DNA from: Thermoproteota archaeon
Lineage (GTDB): Archaea; Korarchaeota; Korarchaeia; Korarchaeales; JAOZGB01
Direction: 5' to 3'
DNA: 64,000 nt
Assembly (NCBI GenBank): GCA_037917685.1
Contig: JAVCBU010000003.1
Location: 221,320 to 285,319, forward strand
In this document: piece by piece, positions 29,067 through 39,297 of the stretch
How positions within the stretch are numbered: the first letter of the stretch is position 1
How the letters are laid out: each line of letters begins with the position of its first letter
Program-made: the position numbers and the translations under genes
The notes under the pieces: model-generated
The model's input: the letters and a program-made list of their open reading frames with translations, nothing else
What the model was told of the DNA's origin: nothing
Databases searched by the model: none

Positions 29067-29785
29067 AACCATACAGCGTGGTAGAGCAACTACTTGAAAA
29101 GACGGCTGAATGGATGGATGCTGTCGAATCAGCTACCGGGAGTAAGAGGCTTTCAGGGATCCACCCCCTAGTATTCCCCATATCCTTCTTCATCCTAACC
29201 TCGGTAGTTGCATTCTCGAATACCCTGCTTATACCCGTTGCTGCGGTGGCCCTGGCAGCGGTAGCCTGCAGGGATCCACGCCTGTTAAAACTTCCACTCC
29301 CAATCCTAATATTCACAGTTATAGCCCAGGCCCCGAGAATCCTGCTAGAGCAGTTCCAGACAACAGTGTACCAAGTACTTACAATAGTCCTTAGAACCTA
29401 CGCGTCGATGACAGTTATGCTGGCTTTAACCATGATTTACGGAATAGGAAGAATACTCCAAGGGCTCTCATACATGGCAGGGGAGAAGTTTTCCCTTGCA
29501 GTCTCAACACTTCTAAGGATGGTACCAGCCCAGATTAGGGAGATAAGAAGTATAGTGTTAGCGCAGCAGTCCAGGCTCCTCCACAAGCCAGGCTATACCA
29601 GGGTTTGGAATTCAGCAGCCAGAGGCGCGGCAATCCTCATATCCAGGAGCCTCGGTAAATCTACAGCCCTAGCATCTGCATACAAGTCTAGGATATGGGG
29701 CCAGGACCATGAGGAATACAGCCTTGGAGCCTCGGCACTCTTCCTCATAGCATCAGCATCTACGGTGGTCATCCTATGTGTCTAA
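29063..29785 (+). CDS. cbiQ: Ni/Co ECF T component NikQ/CbiQ
   Basis: LAQQSRL..AYKSRI motifs, multiple TMs, operon position. Confidence 0.8.
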   Translation: MKPYSVVEQLLEKTAEWMDAVESATGSKRLSGIHPLVFPISFFILTSVVAFSNTLLIPVAAVALAAVACRDPRLLKLPLPILIFTVIAQAPRILLEQFQTTVYQVLTIVLRTYASMTVMLALTMIYGIGRILQGLSYMAGEKFSLAVSTLLRMVPAQIREIRSIVLAQQSRLLHKPGYTRVWNSAARGAAILISRSLGKSTALASAYKSRIWGQDHEEYSLGASALFLIASASTVVILCV

Positions 29786-30498
29786 GAGCTGTGGGCGTCT
29801 CATACAGGTATCCAGACGGAACCTTAGCAGTTGAGAATGTAAGCCTGGAGGCGGAGCCCGGCAGGGTAACCGCTGTCCTTGGGGCGAATGCGTCTGGGAA
29901 AACAACCCTTATACTTCTCCTAGCCGGGCTTCTCGAGCCAACAAGTGGGGAGGTAACGTATGATGGGAGCCCCATCACTATGCTTGGATGGAAATATAGG
30001 AGAATATGTGGTGTGCTATTCCAGAACCCTGAGGATCAGCTTATAGCACCTGTTGTATACGACGATATATCGGTAGGCCCAAAACAGGTGGGCATGGACG
30101 TCAGGGAGGCAGTCCTAGTAGCAGCTTCAAAATCCAATGTGAGAAACCTTCTAAGGAGGTACACACACCGACTAAGCGGCGGACAGAAGAAGAAGGTTGC
30201 TATAGCAGGAATCATCGCGTACAAGCCAAGAATACTGCTGCTGGACGAGCCCTTCTCAGGCCTAGACTGGAAGGGATATGAAAGTCTCACCGGCATACTA
30301 CGAGCCCACAAGGCTGAAGGTGGAATAGCTGTCTTCACTACACAGGACCCTGAAATAGCCTTCCACCTAGCTGACATAATCATTGTTTTAAGGGAAGGTC
30401 GCATCATAGACGTGCTAGAAGGCGGAAGCAAGCCTACAATTGAGCTTGTAAGGAAGGCGGGAGTAAAACCTCCCTCAAGCATTTACAGCCAGCTTTAA
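29776..30498 (+). CDS. cbiO: Ni/Co ECF ATPase NikO/CbiO
   Basis: GANASGKTT, FQNPEDQL, LSGGQKKKV, LDEPFSGLD. Confidence 0.88.
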   Translation: MCLRAVGVSYRYPDGTLAVENVSLEAEPGRVTAVLGANASGKTTLILLLAGLLEPTSGEVTYDGSPITMLGWKYRRICGVLFQNPEDQLIAPVVYDDISVGPKQVGMDVREAVLVAASKSNVRNLLRRYTHRLSGGQKKKVAIAGIIAYKPRILLLDEPFSGLDWKGYESLTGILRAHKAEGGIAVFTTQDPEIAFHLADIIIVLREGRIIDVLEGGSKPTIELVRKAGVKPPSSIYSQL

Positions 30499-30512
30499 CC
30501 CATCCCAATACT

Positions 30513-31292
30513 CTAGATGCCTATTCCAAGGCTTATAGCTCCAAACCTGCACTCATCAACACACTCCATACAAAGTACGCACTCAGACCTCGCAGGCCGG
30601 CCCGCGGCAAGCCGGCCCGGGGTTAGAGCATCAAACCTGCACTTTAAAGTGCATACTTTACAGTTTCTACACTTCTCTGGGTCAACCTTCAAGCCTACAG
30701 GCTTCACAATGCTGAGAAGCCCGAGAAAGCCTCCCAAAGGGCAGACATGCCTACACCAAGATCTGCTTCCCCAAGCCTCAAACAGGAACGGGGCGAGTGC
30801 CACTGGTAGAAGGGATAACCCGGCTTCCTTAAGCCTCCCAAGCCCACAGATGCCTCTCACAGGGCATACCACGCAGAAGATAGGATACCTACACAGATAC
30901 GAGAGCAAAATGAACGCCCCCGCAAAAAGATACTTTCCACCGGTTCCAAGAGCCATAGACAATGCCGGGGATCCCTTTCTACCTGAACCCTTCACGGGAA
31001 GAATGCATCTATAAATATCTAGGGCAGCCCCAACCGGGCAAAGCCAGCCACAAAAGAATCTGCCAAGGAAAACCGTCAACAGCACTGGCAGAGCAAAAGC
31101 AACAGCCAAGGCAAGCATCAGAAATCTGAGAGACAAAATTCTAAGTATCCCACCATATGGGCATGCCACACTTACCCATCCCGAGATCCAGCATACCCCA
31201 GACGATAAAACTAAGATTGAGGCCGCCAAGCTTAGAGCCTGAACAAAAAGCCTTAACCTGCTCCACCTCAAGGCTTCACCCTTGGCTCCCAC
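30513..31292 (-). CDS. napH: NapH/MauN-like membrane 4Fe-4S protein
   Basis: GRFFCGWLCPVG, WCRHVCPLG, CRNCKVCTLKC, CVLCMECVDEC. Confidence 0.8.
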   Translation of the reverse strand: MGAKGEALRWSRLRLFVQALSLAASILVLSSGVCWISGWVSVACPYGGILRILSLRFLMLALAVAFALPVLLTVFLGRFFCGWLCPVGAALDIYRCILPVKGSGRKGSPALSMALGTGGKYLFAGAFILLSYLCRYPIFCVVCPVRGICGLGRLKEAGLSLLPVALAPFLFEAWGSRSWCRHVCPLGGFLGLLSIVKPVGLKVDPEKCRNCKVCTLKCRFDALTPGRLAAGRPARSECVLCMECVDECRFGAISLGIGI

Positions 31293-31837
31293 CCAGTTCT
31301 ACAAGCTCCTCCCGCTACCACGGTTATAGCATCCCACGGGCAAGCTTCAACACACCTCCCACACCCAACGCAATCCTCAACCAGCACCCGGGGACCCCCG
31401 CCGCTTATCTCTATAGCCCCCACAGACTCCCTCCTACACACATTGTAACACTTCCTACATTTCCCACCCCTACTCCACACAATGCAAGCATCCCTATCTA
31501 TCACAGCTGTACCAATGTCAGCCACCAAATCCTTAGAATATCTTAACGCACCTGAAGGACAAACCCTGGCACACTCCCAGCACCCAATACATACACCCTC
31601 CACCACGGGTGTGAAAGCATTAAAGCCAGCTGTCAAAGGTAAAATCTTGATGGCGCCTGAAGGGCAGACTTCGGCGCATCTTCCACATCTCACACAGGCT
31701 ACTGGGAAAACCTCCTCCGTAACCGCTCCCGGTGGCCTGACAAAGTCCCTCCTTGACCCCCTTAAAGCCACGGTGATAAATGTTGAAGCAAGGCCTGCAA
31801 TGGAAAGCTTCAAAAAATCTCTCCGTCTAACCTTCAA
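31268..31837 (-). CDS. napG: NapG/MauM-like Tat-exported 4Fe-4S protein
   Basis: RRRDFLK Tat motif, VRPPGA, CVRCGRCAEVCP, four Cys clusters. Confidence 0.8.
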   Translation of the reverse strand: MKVRRRDFLKLSIAGLASTFITVALRGSRRDFVRPPGAVTEEVFPVACVRCGRCAEVCPSGAIKILPLTAGFNAFTPVVEGVCIGCWECARVCPSGALRYSKDLVADIGTAVIDRDACIVWSRGGKCRKCYNVCRRESVGAIEISGGGPRVLVEDCVGCGRCVEACPWDAITVVAGGACRTGWEPRVKP

Positions 31838-31898
31838 CCTACCATAATAATGCGTGGATAGAATGTTTTAAAACTCTAGTAACCGCTGAAACATGGGG

Positions 31899-31957
31899 TT
31901 TGATCAGATGAAATCCCGGCGTCATTTGATCCGCCGCGGACACCTCATCATCTCAAA
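31899..31957 (-). ncRNA. Candidate box C/D methylation-guide sRNA
   Basis: Minus strand: UUUGAG-AUGAUGA(C box)-GGUGUCCGCGG-CGGA(D')-UCAAAUGA-CGCCGGGAUUUCAU-CUGA(D box)-UCAAA, closed by a UUUGA/UCAAA terminal stem; intergenic. Confidence 0.7.
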
Positions 31958-32177
31958 TCTAGTATGTGTAGGGCATTTAAAAGTTAACAATAGCATTTCA
32001 CATGATAAGAAAAGATGTTACCCTATTTGTTGACCCTTCTACACATTTCCACATGTTACTTTGGAGCCGATACCCTGATCGATGAGCCTGATCAATAAGC
32101 TTTAGCAATTTACTGGTTTATATGCGCGTTCGGGTCATAAACTCTTGCTGTGGGGGCTCTACGCTGAGAACAGGAGC

Positions 32178-33833
32178 CTATAGCTTTATTCTGAGAGTCT
32201 TCTCTCTTATGAGGGTTGGTGGTAGCAATCCCCCTAGGAGTATGGCTGAGTAGGATAGGAGGAAAGTTGATATGGATGCTATCCCCATGGATTGGAGGAG
32301 CAGGGAGGCTACACTGGCTATATAGGAGAAGGCCAATGTTAAGAGTACTGTTTTGAAGGCGTTGCTTGTTTTCAGGCCTAGAATGGCCAGTAGGGTTAGT
32401 GTTGGCGCAAGGTAGATGATACCGAGCAGTATGCTCTCTAGGCTTCCGGCTATTAGTATGGCTACCTCGGGGTTTACAGCTGTAAGCCCCTTGAAAATCT
32501 TTTCCGTGGCTGTTAGGCTGTAGATTAAAGGTTGTAGCGAGTAGTAGCTGTAGGCGTGAAGTGCCGGGCTTTCCGCGATTAATGATGCTACACGTGGGCT
32601 CCATGTGTAGTAGAACTTGTTAAACGAGTTTAGGAAGCTGGATCCTAGGAAGGTTTTCATAACGCGTTCGTCTCTAAACCTTCTGAGCAGCTGAACCTCT
32701 CTTGAGAGTTCGCTACCATAGGTTACAGTAGCTATAATACATCTTTCCTCTTTTTTAACTTGTACTGACACGGCTGCCGCCCTATGTATTTCCCCGCTTA
32801 CACCCTTAACTGTTATCCTGTATACGCCGGGGTTTTCTCCAGCCCTTATGGTTAGAACGGTGCTTCCAGGCGGGGTTATACTGTACGTGGCTAGGCTTGC
32901 CGTAAAGTCCTGTGGGACGCCAGATAGGGACAGGCTTATAGTTTCAGGGCTTCCCGATAAGAGTGTAACAAGAACCTGGATGGCTACTTCCTCACCGGGG
33001 CTAACCGTGACCGTTTCAGGCTGGACTGTGATTTCAAAGTCAAACATTGGCGTTTGGGTTTCCGTTGGAGGCACCGTGGTGGAGGGTGGCGGTGTAGTGG
33101 TTGGTGTTATGTTCGGACTAACATATACCGATACCATCGAGCTGTCAATTATAGTACTGCCAACATACAGGTTTACAGTAATATTTATAACGCCCCACGT
33201 GAGAGGTTTGATGCTAAACTCCACGGGGTAAGTTTCGCTTGGTGGTATCATAATTGACCGCTGAACCGGGGAAACCTGGATCTCGGTGCAGACCGGGACA
33301 ACCCTAAACTCGGAGGTTTTACTCATGGAGTTAAACACGTAGACAACCATCTGGTAGGTTTGCCCTTCAACCATGTCCTCGGGAACTATAACAGATGATA
33401 TAGGCCCGCCCTGGAAGGGTACCGTTGAAGGTGGAGGGGTTTCACCGCCGCAAGAGGTGCAGTTAAGCTGCCGGGAAACGGAGTCCACCAGGATGCTTCC
33501 ATAATATACCTTAACAGTCATAACATGTAGGCCGGGCACCCTGCAGACGGCGACGAACTGGTAGGTTCCCGAACCCCGGCCTGGCAGGGTGAGATCTCCA
33601 ATATAGGAGAATTCTCCCCCCTCCTCGCCATAGTAGATGCTTACTGTGACATCCTTGTGCTCGAAATTCTTGAGTTCAACCATCACATTGTAAAGGCTCC
33701 CCATGCAAACCTCAGCCGGGATACTTACACCTATAATCCTAACATCCGGAGGCTCAACGGCGGAGAGTAAAGCCACGGCTAAAGTTCCAGCCACATAAAC
33801 AATGATAAAAACAACCACCAGGTTCAGTCTCAA
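32178..33833 (-). CDS. Cell-surface protein with Ig-like domains and a CFI-box-CTERM domain
   Basis: Signal peptide, P/T-rich linkers, CIIATVTYGSELSREVQLLRRFRD..FYYTWSP, C-terminal TMs. Confidence 0.85.
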   Translation of the reverse strand: MRLNLVVVFIIVYVAGTLAVALLSAVEPPDVRIIGVSIPAEVCMGSLYNVMVELKNFEHKDVTVSIYYGEEGGEFSYIGDLTLPGRGSGTYQFVAVCRVPGLHVMTVKVYYGSILVDSVSRQLNCTSCGGETPPPSTVPFQGGPISSVIVPEDMVEGQTYQMVVYVFNSMSKTSEFRVVPVCTEIQVSPVQRSIMIPPSETYPVEFSIKPLTWGVINITVNLYVGSTIIDSSMVSVYVSPNITPTTTPPPSTTVPPTETQTPMFDFEITVQPETVTVSPGEEVAIQVLVTLLSGSPETISLSLSGVPQDFTASLATYSITPPGSTVLTIRAGENPGVYRITVKGVSGEIHRAAAVSVQVKKEERCIIATVTYGSELSREVQLLRRFRDERVMKTFLGSSFLNSFNKFYYTWSPRVASLIAESPALHAYSYYSLQPLIYSLTATEKIFKGLTAVNPEVAILIAGSLESILLGIIYLAPTLTLLAILGLKTSNAFKTVLLTLAFSYIASVASLLLQSMGIASISTFLLSYSAILLGGLLPPTLIREKTLRIKL

Positions 33834-33923
33834 TTTTAACCCACATCAAACTAGAGAGACACTATTTTAAAGTTAAACCCGCAACACCCTTAACTACATA
33901 CTAAAGCTTTCAGGGCACGAGCT

Positions 33924-34847
33924 ATGAGTGTGGACTTAAACCTTAAAGTGTCAATCAACAGGGAGAATGTGAAGAAAATCTCAACATTAATATCGAGAAG
34001 CAGGATTTACACACCTAAATACGATCTTGAAATCTTCCCTCCGAGGACCGACCCCGCCGAACGACAGTTGGCATTCTTCACCGCTATGGTTGCAATCGAT
34101 CACAGAACAAGCGCCGTATACCCCTTTGAAGCGTGGATCAACGGGAAAAAGTATAAGGGGTCAGACCTACTATTCAAGCTTGGCGTGGAAGTATACCGGC
34201 GCGAACCAGATTTCTACACGCCGGAAAACCTATCAGAACTCGGCCAGTCTAAGGCTCTCAAACTACTATCGTACCGTGGCATGGTGATATGGGACCTTCA
34301 TGTTAGAACCCTGCTACTGCGGGATCTTGGAAGGAAAATCATGTATAAGTACGGGTCTTACACCGAGCTGTTAGACGTCGATACCGTAAAGGGTCTTCTG
34401 AAAAGGCTTTCATGGTTCATAGCGTATGAAGACCCCGTGGCTAAAAAGAGCTTCCTGCTAGCAAAATTCCTCCATAAGCGTGGCCTTACAGCCTTCAAGG
34501 ATGAGGAGAACTTCCATGTCCCAGTGGATAACCACCTTACAAGGATAGCCTTCAGGCTTGGAATAGTGGAGCTAGACGACTACACGGTCATAGACAGGGG
34601 GATAGAGCTGAATCGTTCCCAGGATCTTACAATAAGGATGAAGGTTAGAAATGCGTGGAAACTTGTTTCGGAATCCTCCAGGGTAGACCCTTTCACCCTA
34701 GACGACTTTCTCTGGATGCACGGGAGAACAGTATGCCTTCCAGGATCCCCAAGATGCCAGGATTGTATTCTGAAGGCTGCATGCAGGTCCCTTGAAATCG
34801 GCTACTTCCCCGGCGAGCATAAGCACAGTCTAACATGGTACTACTAG
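33924..34847 (+). CDS. HhH-GPD/DUF2419-like N-glycosylase with an EndoIII-type [4Fe-4S] motif
   Basis: DPVAKKSFLL, VPVDNHLTRIAFRLG, LDDFLWMHGR, C-x6-C-x2-C-x5-C. Confidence 0.65.
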   Translation: MSVDLNLKVSINRENVKKISTLISRSRIYTPKYDLEIFPPRTDPAERQLAFFTAMVAIDHRTSAVYPFEAWINGKKYKGSDLLFKLGVEVYRREPDFYTPENLSELGQSKALKLLSYRGMVIWDLHVRTLLLRDLGRKIMYKYGSYTELLDVDTVKGLLKRLSWFIAYEDPVAKKSFLLAKFLHKRGLTAFKDEENFHVPVDNHLTRIAFRLGIVELDDYTVIDRGIELNRSQDLTIRMKVRNAWKLVSESSRVDPFTLDDFLWMHGRTVCLPGSPRCQDCILKAACRSLEIGYFPGEHKHSLTWYY

Positions 34848-34891
34848 AGGTCCAGCGACAGTATAGAAGAGGGAGGGTATAAGTATTTCTT

Positions 34892-36052
34892 TTATGGTGT
34901 GCGGTAGGGCTGAGGTATCAGTCTTTCGTCTGGCGCGTAGCCTGTGGCGAAGCCCCAGTAGTACTCGTCCATCAACGCTTCCTTCGCCAACTTGTTCGTA
35001 AGATAGGCCAGCCAGAGCCCAGCAGGGACCAGCACGAGTAGGCCGAGTATTCCGAACATTGCTATTGTGTTCCAGGTTGCATGGATGAGCATGGAGTACA
35101 GCAAGGCTGGCACCATCCCGCTTATCTTCGTCTCTAGACCGTTAACCTTCAGGTAGCCTATCCACCAGCCTATAAGGCCTGTGCAAAACATGTGCATAGC
35201 TGCTGTTATCACCCTTATGAAGATTATTGCTACGGCGCTAGCTGCTAAGCCCCTTGCAACGTATAAGATGTTCTCCATTAGGCTGAAGCCCAGGCCGGCT
35301 GCTACGCCGTATATGAGGCCGTCCAGGTGGTCGTTTACCTCGCCGCCAAGCCAGCGACTCCTAGCTATAAGATAGACACCCAGGATTTTAAGGGGTTCTT
35401 CGACGAAGGCCGCTGATCCAGGCCAGCCGAGGAACAATGATGAAACTATCTGGTTTAGAATTATCGCTGGAAGGGAGGAGAATGCTCCCCATCCGAACGC
35501 TAGGGCTATAAGCCAGGTGGGCTCAGGCTCGTATCTGTCATTAGACCTGATCCAGTAAAGATAAACAGCTATCGGCACCAGCGACGCAATGAAGGCCGGT
35601 ATGAAAAGTGAGGCTACCCCCATCGCTGAAAGCATTACAAGGATCACGATAAGCCCGGCAACGAAGCCTAGAATAGCATATGCAAGATACCTGCCAGATC
35701 TCGAGATAACGTAGGGGTTAAGCCTTTCATAGACAGCCCGAGAAGCCCTGTAAATAGGATTCCTCCTCTTAGTCGCCATAGTATGGATAAGCCTGACATT
35801 GCCTATGACAGTGGCTCTCAGAGTATAGCCTGGATCTATATACTGGCTACCAGACTGTATGGTCCGCCTATACGATGACAGAGGTCTAGCCTCAGTTCTG
35901 GCCCTGCAGTTTGGACAGTAGGTAGCGATAGACGGTATAATTCGGCCGCAGCTTGGACACTGCTTAGTCACTAGCGGCTGTCCACAGTAGGAGCAGTAAA
36001 GGCTCTCCGGCGGGTTCAACCGCTTGCAAAACGGACACTCCCTTGCTGACAA
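34892..36052 (-). CDS. prsW: PrsW family intramembrane metalloprotease with N-terminal double zinc ribbon
   Basis: Four CxxC motifs; DRYEPEP, FVEEPLK, GLGFSLMENILY, MH, IHATWN. Confidence 0.9.
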   Translation of the reverse strand: MSARECPFCKRLNPPESLYCSYCGQPLVTKQCPSCGRIIPSIATYCPNCRARTEARPLSSYRRTIQSGSQYIDPGYTLRATVIGNVRLIHTMATKRRNPIYRASRAVYERLNPYVISRSGRYLAYAILGFVAGLIVILVMLSAMGVASLFIPAFIASLVPIAVYLYWIRSNDRYEPEPTWLIALAFGWGAFSSLPAIILNQIVSSLFLGWPGSAAFVEEPLKILGVYLIARSRWLGGEVNDHLDGLIYGVAAGLGFSLMENILYVARGLAASAVAIIFIRVITAAMHMFCTGLIGWWIGYLKVNGLETKISGMVPALLYSMLIHATWNTIAMFGILGLLVLVPAGLWLAYLTNKLAKEALMDEYYWGFATGYAPDERLIPQPYRTP

Positions 36053-36138
36053 GTCTAATCTTCAACCCCCGTGGAAACATTAATTTATAAATGTTAGCCA
36101 CCTGCATATGGGTAGGCACTATGCTAGGTGGCTGGCAT

Positions 36139-38769
36139 ATGAGGTTTAGGATAGGGTTTTTACTACTTTTAACCTTGGCTTCAATAGTGGTGTTAAGAGC
36201 TGGCTGGAGCTATTCAGTCTCAGGCCTCATGGACATAGGCCCAGGTGAGGCTGGTACCATATTTTGTAGTGTTGAGAAGCAGGCCGTCGAGGTTTACGGT
36301 AGGCCTAGCCCCCAGCTCCCAGATGTTGCCTTGGAAGCCATCGACAGATGCCCGGACTGGCTGAGGGAGAAGCTGAAGGAGACTTTCAGACTGCTCATGT
36401 ACGAGGATTTGAAGGTTAAAAGCTATTCTAGGGCTTCAGTTGGAGACTTGGATGGGGATGGCCTTCCAGACATTTTGGTAGGCTCTATAGAGGGAATCCT
36501 ATACTGCTACCAGAATCTTGGGGTTTTAGGGTCTCCTCTATGGGTGAGCCGTGAAGCCTGGGTTAGAGGTGTAAGGGTGGAGAGCTTCAGCTCGCCCTGC
36601 CTTGTAGATCTAAACCACGATGGGCTCTTAGACCTGGCGGTCTGCTCAGGAAATGGAAACGTTAGATTCTGGTTCCATGTTGAAGGTGAGCAGCCTGGCT
36701 GGGTGGAGGCCAGCTGGATGTTCCAAGGTATAAGGGTTGCTGAGAAGTCGTCTATTGCCTTTATAGACCTGGATGGAGATGGACTTGAGGATATGATAGT
36801 AGGCACAGACAACGGGCTTAGATGCTACCTAAACACTGGGGACCCATCAATTCCAGCCTGGACACCTGCAAACTGGATAGTTTCCGGGTTAAACACGGGA
36901 AACTGGACCTACCCGTCTGCATGCAGAATAAATGGGAGGGTACACCTATTCGTAGGGCTGCAGGACGGGACTGTCAAGGTTTACAGGCTTAACATTGAGG
37001 GAGAAGCCCTCAGACATAAAGAGCTGCCCGGGGGTGGGATCTGGACTGATACAGGCATGCTTTACTGGGTTGATGTTGGCTACCATGCAGCTCCGTGTCC
37101 CGCGGACCTAGACGGAGACGGAAGGTTAGACCTCATACTCGGGTCTTCAGACGGCTACCTATACCTGCTTAAGGGATACGGAACCAGGGAAGAGCCGGTA
37201 TTCCCCCACTGGGTCGAGTACACAGAGCTAAACTACTACCCCAGCATTGAAAGGCTGACCGTCGCCGGAAAACATAACAGGGCCTATGTAGAGGAATATG
37301 CCAGTCTCCTGCTTAGTGTCGAGGACAAGTACCTGGATGAAGTCGCATACTGCATCGCCAACGAGCAGCCTTCAAACCTAAAGATTCTAGCCGACAGAAA
37401 CAGCACCCAGATATATAGGCGCATAGCAGAGTCAATATATAGGGTTGAGCCGAAGCTTGGATATGTGAAGCTTGTAGAGCTGCCCGGCATGACAACTCTC
37501 GCCTTCAACAATGGAGATGGGTGGACAACCATACCTCCGGAGGTCTACTATCAAAGGCTAGTTATGCCCAACCGTTACATATTATTCCCGTGGAGGTGGC
37601 CTGGAGACTACGATGGGAACCTCCCATGGGAGTATCTCCCATGGGACGAGACCTACGGCGTATCACTCTACAGTAGGGTTAAGGACGCCAGAACACCTAC
37701 CGAGGCGATGTGGAGGCTTGCGTGCTGGCTTAAAAACGATGTAAAAGCATACTATCATAGTGGTATACACGGTAAGCCCCCGGGCTGGTACATGATTTAT
37801 AATCACCTTACAGATAAGGACTACACAATCTACTGTGGAGAATTCTCAATAATAACAATGGTAGCAGGGAGATCTATATTGATCCCCGTTGCCAACACAT
37901 TAAACCTTGGAGACGACCACCAGTGGGACGAGTTCTACAATGAAGAGGGAAGATGGGTTCACATAGACCTTTCAGCAACCCAGCCCGGAGACCTAGATGC
38001 GCTCAGAGACTACTTCGACAATCCAAGAGTCTACGAGGAGAAGTGGCATAGCCAGGTTTCAGCAGTAATGTGGCTTGAGCAGGCGGGGAGATACGACCAT
38101 CTACAGCCTAGGACCAGGCAGATGGGCTACAGCCGGACAGCAACCCTGAAATTCCATGTTTCCGACGCGAGGGGGAGGCCTGTTGACGGGGCGAGGGTCG
38201 AAGCCTGGACCATGAGAGGAGCCCCAGCCCTCCTGAACTACACCGACGCCTACGGCTGGGCAAGCCTTGAACTTGGCGGAAAAGAGTATGTTATAAGAAT
38301 TGTAACCAGGCTCGGTATCAGAGAATACAGCCTAAACGTAGAGGAGGACGAAACCTACATTTTCAACGTTAGACTGGAGGGCGAGCTTCCAAGCACCATT
38401 GGAAGGCCAACGGCTAAGCACTATAGGCCAAGGGAGCCATGCTACACCATCAGCCTGAAGGCGCGGATAGTAGAGGCACGCCTGGAAAACCCCCACTGGG
38501 GCAGGAGATTCGCGGAAAGGATGGGGTACAAGGACTACTGGATACTCCCCCAGGCAGACCTGGAAGTATACGTGCTTGACAGGCTGAACTATGAGAGGTA
38601 CATCTCAGGAGAGAGCTTCAAAACCTACTATGCCTTCACACTAACAGGAAAGCTGAGTGTAAAGCTAGTCTTCCCCAGAGACCTAGACGTTTACATAGTA
38701 TTCTCAAATACAAGGCTGCAGGATACAACAGTAACCCTGGAGTACAGCGTAGAAGTCTCAGACGGGTAG
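36139..38769 (+). CDS. Secreted FG-GAP/VCBS-repeat protein with a transglutaminase-like domain
   Basis: Signal peptide; four D-x-[DN]-x-D-G-x-x-D repeats; YCGEF..DDHQWDEFY..WVHID Cys-His-Asp triad; carboxypeptidase-regulatory-like segment. Confidence 0.8.
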   Translation: MRFRIGFLLLLTLASIVVLRAGWSYSVSGLMDIGPGEAGTIFCSVEKQAVEVYGRPSPQLPDVALEAIDRCPDWLREKLKETFRLLMYEDLKVKSYSRASVGDLDGDGLPDILVGSIEGILYCYQNLGVLGSPLWVSREAWVRGVRVESFSSPCLVDLNHDGLLDLAVCSGNGNVRFWFHVEGEQPGWVEASWMFQGIRVAEKSSIAFIDLDGDGLEDMIVGTDNGLRCYLNTGDPSIPAWTPANWIVSGLNTGNWTYPSACRINGRVHLFVGLQDGTVKVYRLNIEGEALRHKELPGGGIWTDTGMLYWVDVGYHAAPCPADLDGDGRLDLILGSSDGYLYLLKGYGTREEPVFPHWVEYTELNYYPSIERLTVAGKHNRAYVEEYASLLLSVEDKYLDEVAYCIANEQPSNLKILADRNSTQIYRRIAESIYRVEPKLGYVKLVELPGMTTLAFNNGDGWTTIPPEVYYQRLVMPNRYILFPWRWPGDYDGNLPWEYLPWDETYGVSLYSRVKDARTPTEAMWRLACWLKNDVKAYYHSGIHGKPPGWYMIYNHLTDKDYTIYCGEFSIITMVAGRSILIPVANTLNLGDDHQWDEFYNEEGRWVHIDLSATQPGDLDALRDYFDNPRVYEEKWHSQVSAVMWLEQAGRYDHLQPRTRQMGYSRTATLKFHVSDARGRPVDGARVEAWTMRGAPALLNYTDAYGWASLELGGKEYVIRIVTRLGIREYSLNVEEDETYIFNVRLEGELPSTIGRPTAKHYRPREPCYTISLKARIVEARLENPHWGRRFAERMGYKDYWILPQADLEVYVLDRLNYERYISGESFKTYYAFTLTGKLSVKLVFPRDLDVYIVFSNTRLQDTTVTLEYSVEVSDG

Positions 38770-39023
38770 ACTGGCCTAAGGCCTCTCCCACACCTTGCAG
38801 CATCGGTGCCTCCAAGCAAGCAGGCTCCCAGGCTCAAGAGACAGCCATCCATAGTTCCTAACTATTAGAGTAACAGTAACATTGAAAAAGCCACTCATAA
38901 ACTCCTCTATCCTGTTATAAGAGCTACTCCAGGACTGGCCAGGCTGAAGTTCTACGATGGTGCCGTTAACTCTAACCCTGACGCCGACAATGGAGACGAC
39001 TACTTAACCATGGATGTTGGGAC

Positions 39024-39297
39024 ATGATGGTTGGAGAAGTAATAACACTATACTTTAAAATGTAAGGGTGAGATCTACGCGATTTACAAGCTCGAGTTTG
39101 TAACTGGCGAGCTTGCAGATGTCTGCGAGGGGAAAACCAAGAAGATAGAAAAGTTCATAAATAAAGCTAGCAGCTGCTCTGATGAAATAACTATTACTTA
39201 CGACCTGCTCTTGAGAGATAACGATGGGGGAGACATAGAGACATACTCAATGTTGTGCTACCCATCACACTTGACGCTCTACGAAATAAAGGCGTAG
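39024..39297 (+). pseudogene. Small frameshifted hypothetical gene
   Basis: MMVGEVITLYFK continues as CKGEIYAIYKLEF..YEIKA* only if one A of the AAAA run at 39057-39060 is removed. Confidence 0.4.
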
